Counted from the stretch's first letter, positions 50,751 through 62,709 are shown. The stretch: 64,000 nt of DNA from an uncultured Pelagibacteraceae bacterium (GCA_902627805.1 CACOKN010000004.1:5399-69398), one strand, 5' to 3'. The notes: generated from the letters alone by a model not told the origin. Made by a program: numbers and translations.

Positions 50751-51011
50751 TTAATTTAATAAACTCGAATATAAACCAATAACACTAAATACGCCCAATA
50801 CTAAACAGATCCCTGTTACTGCTTTCAACTGGTCACCATCTTCATGAATATTAGTTTTGTCATAAAGTTTCCAATATGCACATTTATCTAGATTAGTATT
50901 TTTTGATTTTAAAATTTTTTTTTTGATAGGAAGTTTTAATAGTTGAGCACTAAAAATTTCACTTTTATTAGATGCGTCTTCGATAATATATTGACGAACT
51001 TCTGAACTCAT
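50751..51011 (-). CDS. small tail-anchored membrane protein, unknown function
   Basis: 86 aa with a single C-terminal TM helix (AVTGICLVLGVFSVIGLYSSLL). No family recognised. Confidence 0.35.
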   Translation of the reverse strand: MSSEVRQYIIEDASNKSEIFSAQLLKLPIKKKILKSKNTNLDKCAYWKLYDKTNIHEDGDQLKAVTGICLVLGVFSVIGLYSSLLN

Positions 51012-51116
51012 ATAAGTAAATTTTAAAAAATAAATTCGATGAATACAACTTAACGATTATTCATTTTGGGTAATTATTCCCTTAGAAAAAAAATTATACA
51101 ACTTTTACTTGTAATA

Positions 51117-54100
51117 TTATTTTAATTCTTGCAGTGCAATGATATCAAGTTTTTTTGTTTTAAGAGATTTTATTGCCTCCAAACATGCCTGAGCAGTTGA
51201 CATATTTGTACAATACGGAACTTTATTTTTTAAAGTTGCTCTTCTGAGTGCAATAGCATCGTTTATTCGATGCTCACTATTTCCTCCACCAGTATTGATT
51301 ACAAGTGCTATTCTTTTTGAATCTAAAATATCTACTATGTGAGGTGTTCCACTGCTGACTTTGTTTATAATTTTACATTTCATTCCATGTTTTCGAATGT
51401 ACTCTGCAGTGCCTTTTGTTGCACTTAACTTAAAATTTAATTTAATTAAATCTTTAGCCAGACCTATCCCCTCATCCTTATGAGAGTTTTTCAAAGATAT
51501 AAATGCAAGACCGTTTTTTGGAAGTGAATTCGCAGCAGCAATTTGACTTTTTGCAAATGCCATGCCAAAATTTTTATCAAACCCCATTACTTCACCCGTT
51601 GATTTCATTTCAGGACCAAGAAGTAAGTCGCTATTTGGAAATTTGTTAAAAGGAAATACTGCTTCTTTAACTGCATACATTCCTTTTGATTTTTCCTTTA
51701 AATTAAATCCCAATAATCTTTCTCCAGCCATTACTCTTGATGCAATTTTTGCTAATGGCAAACCTTTTGCTTTAGATACAAAGGGCACAGTTCTACTAGC
51801 TCGAGGATTTACTTCAATCACATAAATTTCATCTTTTTTTATTGCAAATTGGATATTCATGAAACCTTTGACTTTTAAAGCTAGCGCTAATTTTTTAGTT
51901 TGTTTTTCAATTTCCTTAACTAAAAATGGTTTGATAGATATTGGAGGCAAACTACAAGCAGAGTCTCCAGAATGAATACCAGCTTCTTCAATATGTTGCA
52001 TAATACCAGCTACATATACCTCTTTACCATCAGATATTGCATCAACATCAACTTCCATTGCATGATCAATAAATTTGTCAATTAAAATCGGATTTTTCTC
52101 TGCAGCTTTAAATGCTTCTTCAATAAAATTTCTTAATTGACCTTTTTCATAAACTATTTCCATTGCTCTTCCACCTAAAACATATGAAGGTCTTACCATT
52201 AAAGGTAATCCAATTTTATCAGCAATCTTGATCGCTTGTTTATAAGTTTTGGCAATTCCACTTTCTGCTTGTTTTAATTTTAATTTATTTAATAAATTTC
52301 TAAATCTATCTCTATCCTCTGCTAAATCTATAGAGCTGTATTGAGTTCCTAAAATAGGAAATTTGTTTTGATGTAAAAATTTAGCAAGTTTAATTGGAGT
52401 TTGTCCTCCAAACTGGGCAATTATACCAATTAAGTTTCCATTCATTTGTTCTTTTTTGATGATATTAAAAACGAATTCTTCTTTTAAGGGTTCAAAATAA
52501 AGTCGATCACTAGTATCGTAATCAGTAGAGACTGTCTCAGGATTACAATTTACCATGATTGTTTCGAAACCAGCGTCTTTTAGAGAAAAGCTTGCTTGAC
52601 AACAACAATAATCAAATTCTATTCCTTGACCAATTCTATTCGGTCCTCCTCCTAGAATAATTATCTTTTTTTTACCAGTCGGCTCTGCCTCACACTCTGA
52701 AACTATTGAAAAGTTTCTTTGATAAGTTGAATACATGTATGGAGTGAAAGATTTAAATTCAGCAGCACAAGTATCAACTTTTTTATAAACAGGTAATATT
52801 TTTAGTGCTATCCTCTTTTTTCTCACAACATCCTCAGAAAGATTTGTCAATTCTGATAATTTTTTGTCTGAGAAACCTATAGATTTAATCCTATTAAATT
52901 CTGTAAAATTTCTTGGTAATCCAATTTTTTTTAAATTTATTTCACAATCAACAATTTCTTTGATTTGACCTAGAAACCATGGGTCAATTTTAGATAATTT
53001 AAAAATCCTATCTAAACTAATTTTTTTTCTAACTCCTTCAGCAACTAGTAAAATTTTGTTTGGAATATTTTCTTTTAGTTTTTTTTCAATTTGTCGTTTT
53101 GATAAATTAAATATTCTATCAAGACCAGAGAAACCAGTTTCTAATGATATCAAAGCTTTTTGAAGAGACTCTTTAAAATTTCTCCCTATTGCCATAGCCT
53201 CACCAACAGATTTCATTGAAGTGCCAAGAGTGGCTGGAGAGGATGAAAATTTTTCAAAAGTAAATCTAGGTATCTTGGTAACTACATAATCTATACTTGG
53301 TTCAAAAGATGCAGGGGTAATTTTAGTAATTTCATTTTTGAGTTCATCTAAAGTATATCCGACGGCTAATTTTGCTGCTACTTTTGCAATTGGAAATCCA
53401 GTTGCTTTAGATGCCAAAGCTGATGATCTTGATACACGTGGGTTCATCTCAATTATAACCATTCGACCATTTTTTGGATTAATTGCGAATTGAACATTGG
53501 ATCCACCTGTCTCAACCCCAATCTTTCTTAAACATGCGATAGATGCATTTCTCATGATCTGGTATTCTTTATCAGTGAGAGTGAGTGCTGGCGCAACTGT
53601 TACTGAGTCACCTGTATGTATCCCCATTGGATCAATATTCTCAATGGAACAAATAATGATACAATTATCTTTCTTATCTCTAACGACTTCCATCTCAAAT
53701 TCTTTCCACCCCACCAAACATTCTTCAACCAAAACCTGGCTAACAGGAGACTCATGTAATCCATTTTTTACAATTTTTAGAAAGTCCTTCTTTGTTTTTG
53801 CTATTCCTCCACCAAGCCCACCAAGTGTGAAAGCTGGTCTTATGATTGCAGGCAAACCAATTTTTTTTAGAACTCTTATAGCTTGATTATTGTTGTTTAC
53901 GATTTCAGATTTAGGTAAATCTAAACCAATTTCTATCATATTTTTTCTAAACTTTTTTCTATCTTCAGCGTTTAAAATAGCCTTTGAATTAGCTCCAATA
54001 AGTTCAATTTTATATTTTTTTAAAATCCCCTTTTTTTCAGCTCCCATTGCTAGATTAAGAGCAGTTTGACCCCCCATTGTAGGAAGAATTGCATTAGGTC

Positions 54101-54344
54101 TTTCTTTTTTAATTATTTTTTCTAAAACATCTAAAGTTATTGGTTCAACATAAGTTTTATCTGCAACATCTGGATCTGTCATGATAGTTGCAGGATTAGA
54201 ATTTATCAAAATTACCTTATAGCCCTCATCTTTAAGAGCTTTGCAAGCTTGTGTTCCTGAATAATCAAATTCACATGCTTGTCCAATGATGATTGGGCCG
54301 GCTCCTACAACTAATATTTTTTTAATGTCTTTTCTTTTTGGCAT
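51117..54344 (-). CDS. carB: carbamoyl-phosphate synthase large subunit
   Basis: 1075 aa with duplicated ATP-grasp halves ([18 protein letters not shown] / [18 protein letters not shown]). Confidence 0.95.
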   Translation of the reverse strand: MPKRKDIKKILVVGAGPIIIGQACEFDYSGTQACKALKDEGYKVILINSNPATIMTDPDVADKTYVEPITLDVLEKIIKKERPNAILPTMGGQTALNLAMGAEKKGILKKYKIELIGANSKAILNAEDRKKFRKNMIEIGLDLPKSEIVNNNNQAIRVLKKIGLPAIIRPAFTLGGLGGGIAKTKKDFLKIVKNGLHESPVSQVLVEECLVGWKEFEMEVVRDKKDNCIIICSIENIDPMGIHTGDSVTVAPALTLTDKEYQIMRNASIACLRKIGVETGGSNVQFAINPKNGRMVIIEMNPRVSRSSALASKATGFPIAKVAAKLAVGYTLDELKNEITKITPASFEPSIDYVVTKIPRFTFEKFSSSPATLGTSMKSVGEAMAIGRNFKESLQKALISLETGFSGLDRIFNLSKRQIEKKLKENIPNKILLVAEGVRKKISLDRIFKLSKIDPWFLGQIKEIVDCEINLKKIGLPRNFTEFNRIKSIGFSDKKLSELTNLSEDVVRKKRIALKILPVYKKVDTCAAEFKSFTPYMYSTYQRNFSIVSECEAEPTGKKKIIILGGGPNRIGQGIEFDYCCCQASFSLKDAGFETIMVNCNPETVSTDYDTSDRLYFEPLKEEFVFNIIKKEQMNGNLIGIIAQFGGQTPIKLAKFLHQNKFPILGTQYSSIDLAEDRDRFRNLLNKLKLKQAESGIAKTYKQAIKIADKIGLPLMVRPSYVLGGRAMEIVYEKGQLRNFIEEAFKAAEKNPILIDKFIDHAMEVDVDAISDGKEVYVAGIMQHIEEAGIHSGDSACSLPPISIKPFLVKEIEKQTKKLALALKVKGFMNIQFAIKKDEIYVIEVNPRASRTVPFVSKAKGLPLAKIASRVMAGERLLGFNLKEKSKGMYAVKEAVFPFNKFPNSDLLLGPEMKSTGEVMGFDKNFGMAFAKSQIAAANSLPKNGLAFISLKNSHKDEGIGLAKDLIKLNFKLSATKGTAEYIRKHGMKCKIINKVSSGTPHIVDILDSKRIALVINTGGGNSEHRINDAIALRRATLKNKVPYCTNMSTAQACLEAIKSLKTKKLDIIALQELK

Positions 54345-55515
54345 TTCTTTTTATGTTACGAATAAATTCTTGAAATAAATAAACACTATCTTGCGGTCCT
54401 GGATTTGACTCTGGATGATACTGAACAGAAAATATTGGTTTATTTTTTAATCTTATACCTTCGATACTACCATCGAATAAAGACTTATGAGTAACCTCAA
54501 TATTTTTTGGCAACGTTTCTTTTACCACTTCAAAACCATGATTTTGACTAGTGATTTCAACGTTATCATGAATTAAATTTTTTACTGGATGGTTTGCTCC
54601 TCTATGACCTAATTTCATTTTTTTTGTTTTACCCCCAAGAGCAAGTGCAAGAATTTGATGACCTAAACAAATACCAAATATTGGTAGATTCTTTTTAATA
54701 AGGTCTTGGATAATATCGATCGCATATTTGCCAGTTGCTGCAGGATCCCCAGGCCCATTAGATAAAAAAATTCCATCAGGCTTGAGGCTTAATATTTTTT
54801 CTGCTGAAGTTCTACATGGAACAACAGTAACTTTACAATTAAAGTTTGAAAAATATCTTAAAATATTTTTTTTTATCCCATAGTCAATGGCAACCACATG
54901 CAAAGATTTTTTTTTATTTTTTTCAAATCCAAATTCTTTATTCCAGGTCTTAAGCCCTTTCCAAATATAATTTTTTCTTGTGGATACGACCTCGGCAAGA
55001 TCTAAATTTTTTAAACCACTCCATTTTATTGTTGTATTTATGAGTTTGTTAATACTGAATTTTTCTTTATTTGAATTACAAATGGTACCTTTTGGGGCCC
55101 CTTTATCTCTAATGAAATTTGTAAGGTTTCTAGTATCTAATCCAGTGATACCAATAATTTTGTTTTTCTTAAGCCAATAATCTAAATGTAAAAATGATCT
55201 ATAATTTGAGGGATTGGTTATTTCAGAATTAAAAATTACTCCTTTAGTCCAGATTTTATCTGACTCATGATCCTCATGGTTCGTTCCAACATTTCCTATG
55301 TGAGGAAAAGTAAAATTAATAATTTGACCTGCATAAGAAGGGTCAGAAATAATCTCTTGGTAGCCAGTTAATGACGTATTAAAACACACCTCTCCTGTTG
55401 CAACGCCTTCGTAACCAATCCCTATACCTTTAAAAACTTTCTTATTTTCAAGAACTAAAATACCTGAATGAGTTTGAAAAATTTTTGAGCTATTATTTTT
55501 TGCTTTTTTGATCAA
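54322..55515 (-). CDS. carA: carbamoyl-phosphate synthase small (glutaminase) subunit
   Basis: 397 aa. GICLGHQ catalytic Cys and QYHPES. Apparent TTG start. Overlaps carB by 23 nt. Confidence 0.9.
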   Translation of the reverse strand: MIKKAKNNSSKIFQTHSGILVLENKKVFKGIGIGYEGVATGEVCFNTSLTGYQEIISDPSYAGQIINFTFPHIGNVGTNHEDHESDKIWTKGVIFNSEITNPSNYRSFLHLDYWLKKNKIIGITGLDTRNLTNFIRDKGAPKGTICNSNKEKFSINKLINTTIKWSGLKNLDLAEVVSTRKNYIWKGLKTWNKEFGFEKNKKKSLHVVAIDYGIKKNILRYFSNFNCKVTVVPCRTSAEKILSLKPDGIFLSNGPGDPAATGKYAIDIIQDLIKKNLPIFGICLGHQILALALGGKTKKMKLGHRGANHPVKNLIHDNVEITSQNHGFEVVKETLPKNIEVTHKSLFDGSIEGIRLKNKPIFSVQYHPESNPGPQDSVYLFQEFIRNIKRNAKKKRH

Positions 55516-55639
55516 TTACAACTCATGAGTTAAAGGTTAATACAATAAAAGGTTTATTATCGCAACAGAGATGTATTATAAAATCGTAAAAAAACAATTT
55601 TTCTTTTGAAGAATTTTTTCTTTAAAGTAGATTAAAATT

Positions 55640-56101
55640 ATGTCCTTAAAAAAGACCATAGAAACTGAATATAAAAACGCCCTCAAATCAAAAGATAAAA
55701 TTAAAATCTCAACTTACAGGTTAATTCTTTCATCCATCAAGGATTTGGATATCATGAACAGAACTGGTCCCAATAAAAAAGAGACTGATGATGACGATAT
55801 TAAAAAATTATTCAAGAAGATGATGAAACAAAGAGCCGAATCAATTGAAATTTACAAAAAAAATAATCGGTCTGATCTTTTGGAAGTAGAGCAAAATGAA
55901 TATGATATTTTATCAAGTTTTTTACCAAAACAATTAAATGAGGAAGATACAAAAAAAATATGTGAAGAGATAATATCTAAAGTAGGTGCTAATTCAGTTA
56001 AAGATATGGGCAAAGTTATGGGAGAATTAAAAAAACAACATGCAGATGAGATTGATTTCTCCAAAGCAGGAGCGCTGATTAAACAATTACTTAATAAATA
56101 A
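55640..56101 (+). CDS. GatB/YqeY domain protein
   Basis: 153 aa. Sits directly upstream of dnaG-rpoD. ESIEIYKKNNRSDLLEVEQNEYDILSSFLP pattern. Confidence 0.7.
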   Translation: MSLKKTIETEYKNALKSKDKIKISTYRLILSSIKDLDIMNRTGPNKKETDDDDIKKLFKKMMKQRAESIEIYKKNNRSDLLEVEQNEYDILSSFLPKQLNEEDTKKICEEIISKVGANSVKDMGKVMGELKKQHADEIDFSKAGALIKQLLNK

Positions 56102-56103
56102 TC

Positions 56104-57879
56104 ATGAAATATCCAAAAGAATATTTAGAGGAAATTAAAACAAGATTAAAAGTTTCAACAGTAGTCTCAAAATATGTCAGTTTAAAAAAAAGAGGTAAAG
56201 AATATGTTGGACTTTCACCATTTAAAAATGAGAAAACTCCATCATTCACTGTTAATGATGAAAAAGAATTTTATCATTGTTTTGCAACATCTGAACATGG
56301 AAATATTTTTGATTTTGTAATGAAAACTCAAAATTTTAAATTTGGTGAGGCTGTAAAGCATTTGGCTAATTTAGCTGGCATGCAACCTTACATTTTCTCA
56401 AAACAAGATGAAGAGAGAGAAAAAAAGTGGAAAATATATTCATCTATTTTCTTAGAATATGTGAACTTTTATCACAATCAACTTTTGAAAAATGAAAAAT
56501 ACTCAAAAGCAAGAGATTATCTGAAAACTAGATCACTTGATAAAGATCAAGTTAAAAAATTTAAGGTTGGTTTTGTAGATAAGAATCCAAATTTATTTGA
56601 AGAATTAAAAAACAATTATAAAATTGATGATTTGTTAGAAACAGGATTATTTTATTTAGATGAAAAAAAGAATATTCACGTTGAAAGATTTAGAGGTAGA
56701 TTGATTTTTCCAATCAATAATATTTCAGGACAACCTATTGCTTTAGGAGGAAGAATAATTGAAAAAAGTGATTTTCTTGCTAAGTATGTTAATTCTCCAG
56801 AAACATTATTTTTTAAAAAAGGATACAACTTATACAATTTAGATTTAGTTAGAAAATTGTCTAATAAGTATAATAATATTTTTTTAGTTGAGGGTTATAT
56901 GGATGTAGTTAGTTTAAGTAAAAATGGAATAGAAAATGCTGTTGCTAATTTAGGCACTTCTTTAACAGATAAACAAATATTTACTCTAAACCAGTTTTTT
57001 AATGATATTATTATATGTTTTGATGGGGATGAAAGTGGTTATAAGGCAGCCTTAAGAGCTGCAGAAAATTCTATAAAAGATATGAAACCTGAAAAGCAAA
57101 TATCATTTTTATTTTTACCAGATCAAGAAGATCCAGATAGTTTCGTTAATAAAAATGGTAAAGAATATTTTTTGGATTACTCAAAGCAAAATAAAATACC
57201 AATACATCAATTTATATTTAACCATTACAAAAAAAATACACAAAATAATCCATCTTCTATGGCAATTTTTGAAAAAAAATTAAGATCTACAGCTAACACA
57301 ATAAAAGACAATTATATAAAAAAATACGTTTTAGAATATTTCATAGAAAAAATTTCTGGATTAACTCCATATACAAATCAAAATCAAAAAAACTTTTATA
57401 CGAAAAAAACTAGATCTTTGGAGAAGACCAAAAGGCACTTTAACGAAAGTCAATCACTGTCCGGAGTAGAATTAAAAGAATTTTCACTAATTTATCTCGT
57501 TTTGTACAACTTGAATTTGATGCGGGATCAGATCCACCTGCTAAAAGATATAAAATTATTTTCTGAGGTAAATAAACAAATTTTTGAAAAAATTGTACAC
57601 AAACTAAACTCTGAAAATAATTTATCTATGGATCAACTAGAGATTGACACTCAATTAATTAAAAAAATTAAAAAATTTGCTCCGATAAAACATATTTTAC
57701 AAAAAAAGTCTAATAAGGATCACGAAATTATTGAATTACTAGAGGACATATCTCGTGATTTAAATAATTATGATTTAGAATTTAGGATACAAGAATTAGA
57801 ATCAAAGTTTTCAAAAGATTTAAGTGAGACAACATTTAATGAGCTAAAAGAGCTCAAAAAAAAGCAAAATATCAATTAA
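56104..57879 (+). CDS. dnaG: DNA primase
   Basis: 591 aa. NEKTPSFTVN...FYHCF zinc-ribbon region (ligands degenerate), RNA polymerase core, and TOPRIM motifs EGYMDV and DGDESG. Confidence 0.9.
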   Translation: MKYPKEYLEEIKTRLKVSTVVSKYVSLKKRGKEYVGLSPFKNEKTPSFTVNDEKEFYHCFATSEHGNIFDFVMKTQNFKFGEAVKHLANLAGMQPYIFSKQDEEREKKWKIYSSIFLEYVNFYHNQLLKNEKYSKARDYLKTRSLDKDQVKKFKVGFVDKNPNLFEELKNNYKIDDLLETGLFYLDEKKNIHVERFRGRLIFPINNISGQPIALGGRIIEKSDFLAKYVNSPETLFFKKGYNLYNLDLVRKLSNKYNNIFLVEGYMDVVSLSKNGIENAVANLGTSLTDKQIFTLNQFFNDIIICFDGDESGYKAALRAAENSIKDMKPEKQISFLFLPDQEDPDSFVNKNGKEYFLDYSKQNKIPIHQFIFNHYKKNTQNNPSSMAIFEKKLRSTANTIKDNYIKKYVLEYFIEKISGLTPYTNQNQKNFYTKKTRSLEKTKRHFNESQSLSGVELKEFSLIYLVLYNLNLMRDQIHLLKDIKLFSEVNKQIFEKIVHKLNSENNLSMDQLEIDTQLIKKIKKFAPIKHILQKKSNKDHEIIELLEDISRDLNNYDLEFRIQELESKFSKDLSETTFNELKELKKKQNIN

Positions 57880-57945
57880 TAATATTAAATAAACAATGGA
57901 TTTTTTTAAATTTGCTATTATATACAATCTTTCAAATATATTAGT

Positions 57946-59772
57946 GTGGAAAGAATAATTACAAAATCGTTTGCCCGTTTGATGGGGCGTGGAACCCACA
58001 GAGGTTTCATTACCTATGAGGAGCTAAATAAATCTTTAGGAAAAAGAAATCTTTCAGATCAAAATTTAGCTCAAGCTTTTATTCATATTTTAGATGAAAA
58101 AATCTCTTTAGTTGAAAAAAAATCAGATTTCAAAGTTTTAAGGAAAAAAGAGGGCTCATCAAAAGATGAGGGTAAAACAATTGAGAAAAGCGATGACCCA
58201 ATTCGAATGTACCTCCGCGAGATGGGTGGAGTTGAGCTTTTATCTAGAGAAGGTGAAATTGCTATTGCAAAAAGAATAGAAGCTGGAAAAGATGTTATGT
58301 TAATCGCATTATCTCAAAGTCCAATAACTGCTCAACAATTCTTTGAGTGGAATGAAAAACTTCAGAAAGATGAGATTTTGGTAAGAGAAATTATTGATAT
58401 TGATACCAACTATATGGAAGATGAAACTACTGGTCCTAGTGCAAAACAAAAAAATTCAGGTGAGGTAGATAGTGATGAAAACTCAGGTGATGAAAGTGAG
58501 GAGGATTTTAATCCAACATTAGCTGCAATGGAGACAGAAATTAAACCAAAAGTTTTAAAAACTGTTAATAATTTAACTAAAGATTATAATAAACTGATTA
58601 AATACCAAAAAGAAAAATTGGATTGTATTTTAACTTCAAAAATATTTTCTCCTGCAAAAGAAAAAAGTTACGAAAAAGTAGTAAAAGAAATTTTAGATAA
58701 TATTAAATCACTTCAATTATCACCATCAGTTTTGGAAGGGTTAGTTCAAAAACATTATATAGAAAATAAAAAAATAATTTCTTTAGAAGGAAATCTTATG
58801 CGATTGGCTATAGATCATAAAATTTCAAGAAATGAATTTTTAAAATTTTATGTTGGAAATGAAATTAACCCAAATCTCAAAAAATTTTTAGATACCAATT
58901 TAATATGGAAGCAATTTTTCTCTAAAAATAAAGATAAGTTTAAAGATATTCGTGAAAGATTAATTGAGTTTAGTAACAAGATAGGAATGTCTGTAACAGA
59001 TTTCAAAAAACTTGTAAGCAGAGTTCAAAAAGGTGAAAAAGAGTCAAGAATAGCAAAAAAAGAGATGGTTGAAGCAAACTTACGATTAGTTATTTCTATT
59101 GCCAAAAAATACACAAATAGAGGATTGCAGTTTTTGGACTTGATACAAGAAGGAAATATAGGATTAATGAAAGCAGTAGATAAATTTGAATACAGAAGAG
59201 GTTATAAATTTTCTACATATGCCACATGGTGGATTAGACAAGCCATAACAAGATCTATTGCTGATCAAGCTAGAACAATAAGAATCCCTGTTCATATGAT
59301 TGAAACAATAAATAAAATTGTTAGAACCCAAAGACTTATCCTAAGTGAATTTGGCAGAGAGGCAACTCCAGAGGAATTAGCAAAAAAACTAAGGATGCCG
59401 TTAGATAAAGTAAGAAAAGTTTTAAAAATTTCTAAAGAGCCAGTATCTCTAGAAAAACCTGTTGGTGATGAGGAAGATAGCAGTTTAGGTGATTTTATAG
59501 AAGATACAAAAGCTTTAGCTCCTCTTGAACAAGCAATTAAATCTAATCTTGGAGAAGCTACAACTAAAATATTATCTACATTGACCCCAAGAGAGGAGAG
59601 AGTTTTAAGAATGAGATTTGGTGTAGGTATGAATACTGATCATACACTAGAGGAAGTTGGTTTGCAGTTTTCTGTAACTCGAGAAAGAATTCGTCAGATA
59701 GAAGCTAAAGCTCTGAGAAAACTCAAACATCCAAGTAGATCAAAACAATTAAAGAGTTTCTTAGAAAGCTAG
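57946..59772 (+). CDS. rpoD: RNA polymerase sigma factor RpoD (sigma-70)
   Basis: 608 aa. [31 protein letters not shown] and region 4 [24 protein letters not shown]. Apparent GTG start. Confidence 0.95.
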   Translation: MERIITKSFARLMGRGTHRGFITYEELNKSLGKRNLSDQNLAQAFIHILDEKISLVEKKSDFKVLRKKEGSSKDEGKTIEKSDDPIRMYLREMGGVELLSREGEIAIAKRIEAGKDVMLIALSQSPITAQQFFEWNEKLQKDEILVREIIDIDTNYMEDETTGPSAKQKNSGEVDSDENSGDESEEDFNPTLAAMETEIKPKVLKTVNNLTKDYNKLIKYQKEKLDCILTSKIFSPAKEKSYEKVVKEILDNIKSLQLSPSVLEGLVQKHYIENKKIISLEGNLMRLAIDHKISRNEFLKFYVGNEINPNLKKFLDTNLIWKQFFSKNKDKFKDIRERLIEFSNKIGMSVTDFKKLVSRVQKGEKESRIAKKEMVEANLRLVISIAKKYTNRGLQFLDLIQEGNIGLMKAVDKFEYRRGYKFSTYATWWIRQAITRSIADQARTIRIPVHMIETINKIVRTQRLILSEFGREATPEELAKKLRMPLDKVRKVLKISKEPVSLEKPVGDEEDSSLGDFIEDTKALAPLEQAIKSNLGEATTKILSTLTPREERVLRMRFGVGMNTDHTLEEVGLQFSVTRERIRQIEAKALRKLKHPSRSKQLKSFLES

Positions 59773-59782
59773 TATTGAATTT

Positions 59783-59857
59783 GGGCCGTTAGCTCAATAG
59801 TAGAGTACTGCATTGACATTGCAGGGGTAGTTGGAGCGTAACCAACACGGCCCACCA
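59783..59857 (+). tRNA. tRNA-Val (anticodon GAC) with non-canonical D- and T-loops, encoded CCA
   Basis: Manual fold: acceptor GGGCCGT/ACGGCCC, D-arm GCTC-AATAGTA-GAGT, anticodon arm CTGCA-TTGACAT-TGCAG, variable GGGTA, T-arm GTTGG-AGCGTAA-CCAAC, then A-CCA. All stems pair. The T-loop lacks TTC and the D-loop lacks GG. Confidence 0.65.
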
Positions 59858-59903
59858 TAAATTTGTAAATTAATTATTTATCTTATAAACATATTTATGC
59901 TCA

Positions 59904-60803
59904 ATGAAAAAATATAACTCAAAAAAAAAAATATCAATTGGAGTAGCAGCTTATGGTAATTTTATTATCACAAAAAAATGTATCGAAGCTATTAAAAGTT
60001 CTATACAGGGTAATTTTGAGATAATACTAGTTGATGACTGCTCTCCAGACAATGGAGTAATAAAAGACTATTTTTTGGATCTCAAAAATGAGTTTGAAAA
60101 CATTAAAATTTATTATTTCCCAAAAAATCTTGGTTATATTCAAAGTGTTAATTGCATTTTGTCCAATGCAACTGGTGAAAAAATTATTTTTGTTTCTAAT
60201 GATATTATAATTAACTCATATTTTTTAGATGAATTAATTAATATATCAAACGTCTCTAAAGATATAGGTTATGTCAGGGGAGTATCAAATTTTGTAGATA
60301 CAAACTTAAAAATTCATAATATAGATTTAAAACAATTTAAAACTGATGAACCAATTAAAATTGCAGAAGAAATATTATTGAAAAATAAGAATGATTATAT
60401 CGAAGAAGAATATCTTTGTGGAGATTGTTTTTTAATAAATAGAGATTTAATTGAAAAAATAGGATACTTTGATTGTTTAAATTTTAAAGACTATTTTGGT
60501 GATTTAGATTTTAGTATGAGAGCTAAAGCGTTTGATTTTAAATGTTTAGTTTCTAAAGGTGCCTTTTGTTATCACCACAAAGGTATAAATTTAGATTATT
60601 TACCAGAAGAGCAAAAAATAGCTAAACTCAGAAGACGAAATATTTTTTTATCTGAGGATTGGGCGCGCTTCAAATTGAAGTATGGTTTACCGATTTCTTA
60701 TATTTATCCTGGGGTAAATGAAATTGATTTTAAGCATGTAATAAGCAAAGTTAGTAAAAATAATGTAATTAAAAAGGAAGATTATAATCAATATCTTATT
60801 TAA
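59904..60803 (+). CDS. family-2 glycosyltransferase
   Basis: 299 aa. ISIGVAAYGN, ILVDDCSPDN and a DxD-like VSNDII motif. Confidence 0.7.
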   Translation: MKKYNSKKKISIGVAAYGNFIITKKCIEAIKSSIQGNFEIILVDDCSPDNGVIKDYFLDLKNEFENIKIYYFPKNLGYIQSVNCILSNATGEKIIFVSNDIIINSYFLDELINISNVSKDIGYVRGVSNFVDTNLKIHNIDLKQFKTDEPIKIAEEILLKNKNDYIEEEYLCGDCFLINRDLIEKIGYFDCLNFKDYFGDLDFSMRAKAFDFKCLVSKGAFCYHHKGINLDYLPEEQKIAKLRRRNIFLSEDWARFKLKYGLPISYIYPGVNEIDFKHVISKVSKNNVIKKEDYNQYLI

Positions 60804-60818
60804 TAAAATTGTTATTTA

Positions 60819-61838
60819 ATGTTAAAAAATATAATTGTAACTGGAGGATTAGGTTTCATAGGGAGTAATTTAATTGATACACTTATCAAAAAAAACTATA
60901 AAGTCATAAACATAGATAAAGCAACTTACTCATCAAATTTTTATAACACTAAAAACTTTAAGTCGTCCAAAAATTATAAATTTATTAAATGTGATATAGG
61001 AGATAAAAAAATTAAAAAGATCTTATTCAGATTTAAACCAAAATGTATATTTAATTTAGCAGCTGAAACCCACGTAGATAGGTCTATCGATAACTCTAAA
61101 AAGTTTATAAATTCTAATATTATTGCTGTTACAAATTTACTAGAAAATTTTAAACAATTTTCAAAGAAATTTAGTACAAAATTAATTCACGTATCAACAG
61201 ATGAGGTATTTGGAGATATTCTACAAGGTAGATCCACTGAAAAATATCCTTATAGACCCAGTTCACCATATGCTGCAAGTAAAGCTGCCGCTGATCATAT
61301 AATTAATTCCTACATAAGAACTTATAAACTTCCTATAATCATAACACATTGTTGTAATAATTATGGTCCAAATCAACATCCAGAAAAATTTATACCAAAG
61401 TTAATTTATAATATTTTTAATAACAGACCTTTGCCAATTTATGGAAAAGGAATTAATTCGAGGGAATGGATATTTGTAAAAGATCATTGCGATGCATTAT
61501 TTAAAATATTTAAAAAAGGGCAATTAGGTCAATCGTATAATATAGGTTCAAATAAAAATCTTTCTAATATTGAGGTTTGTAAAAATATTTTAAAAGTGTC
61601 AAAAAAATATATATCACTTAAAAATAAGGTTAAAATATTTTATGTAAAAGACAGACCGGGACACGATATAAGATATGCATTAGATAGTCGAAAAATAAAA
61701 AAAGAGTTAAAATTTCGACCCTCAACAAATTTTAAAAATGGAATAAAATTAACTTTTGAATGGTATATGAATAATAAATCTTACTATAAATTTTTATCTA
61801 GAAAAGATATTCTCTCTAGATTAGGTGGATATGATTAA
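60819..61838 (+). CDS. rfbB: dTDP-glucose 4,6-dehydratase
   Basis: 339 aa. VTGGLGFIGSN, STDEVFG and YAASKAAADH motifs. Confidence 0.9.
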   Translation: MLKNIIVTGGLGFIGSNLIDTLIKKNYKVINIDKATYSSNFYNTKNFKSSKNYKFIKCDIGDKKIKKILFRFKPKCIFNLAAETHVDRSIDNSKKFINSNIIAVTNLLENFKQFSKKFSTKLIHVSTDEVFGDILQGRSTEKYPYRPSSPYAASKAAADHIINSYIRTYKLPIIITHCCNNYGPNQHPEKFIPKLIYNIFNNRPLPIYGKGINSREWIFVKDHCDALFKIFKKGQLGQSYNIGSNKNLSNIEVCKNILKVSKKYISLKNKVKIFYVKDRPGHDIRYALDSRKIKKELKFRPSTNFKNGIKLTFEWYMNNKSYYKFLSRKDILSRLGGYD

Positions 61839-62709
61839 AAAAGGAATAATCTTAGCTGGAGGATTTGGAACAAGAATGAGTCCACTTACCAAAGCAGTAA
61901 ATAAACAGTTACTACCTATTTATGATAAGCCACTTATTTTTTATCCACTTTCAATTTTAATGTTGTCTAAAATCAAAGATATTTTGATTATTGTAAATAA
62001 AGGTCAGATAAATCAATATAAAAAACTTATTCCTGATGGAAAAAATCTTGGAATAAATATTTCTTATAAAGAACAAGATAAACCTAGAGGTTTACCTGAT
62101 GCATTTATTTTAGGAGAAAAATTTATTGGAAAAAAAAATGTTGCAATGATTTTAGGGGATAATTTTTTTTATGGTCAGGGTTTATCTGAAAGCTTGGAAA
62201 GATGTGTAAAATTAAAATCAGGTGCTAAAGTTTTTTTATATAAAGTTACAAATCCTCAATTATTTGGTGTGGCAAAAATAAATAAAAAAAAAAAGATTTT
62301 AAAGATTGTAGAAAAACCAAAAAAATTTATTTCTAATTTAGCAGTTACAGGGCTTTATTTTTTTGATAAGAATGTTGTTAAATACGCTAAATCACTTAAA
62401 CCTTCAAAAAGATCTGAACTTGAAATCATTGATCTTTTAAATATTTACCAAAAAAAAAATAAACTGACTTCAGAGTTTATAGGCAGAGGAGGTGCCTGGC
62501 TCGATACGGGTTCAATTGAAGATTATTATAAAACATCCACTTTTGTTTATGCTGTTGAGAATAGGCAGGGTCTTAAAATAGCTTGCCTAGAAGAAATAGC
62601 TTTAATTAACAAATGGATAACAAAAAATTCAATTAAAAAACAAATAAAGTTTTATGGAAATTGTTCTTATTCTAATTATTTAAATAAATTAATTAAATCG
62701 AGTGTATAA
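61825..62709 (+). CDS. rfbA: glucose-1-phosphate thymidylyltransferase
   Basis: 294 aa. LAGGFGTRMSPLT, ILGDNFFYG and RGGAWLDTG motifs. Confidence 0.9.
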   Translation: MDMIKKGIILAGGFGTRMSPLTKAVNKQLLPIYDKPLIFYPLSILMLSKIKDILIIVNKGQINQYKKLIPDGKNLGINISYKEQDKPRGLPDAFILGEKFIGKKNVAMILGDNFFYGQGLSESLERCVKLKSGAKVFLYKVTNPQLFGVAKINKKKKILKIVEKPKKFISNLAVTGLYFFDKNVVKYAKSLKPSKRSELEIIDLLNIYQKKNKLTSEFIGRGGAWLDTGSIEDYYKTSTFVYAVENRQGLKIACLEEIALINKWITKNSIKKQIKFYGNCSYSNYLNKLIKSSV

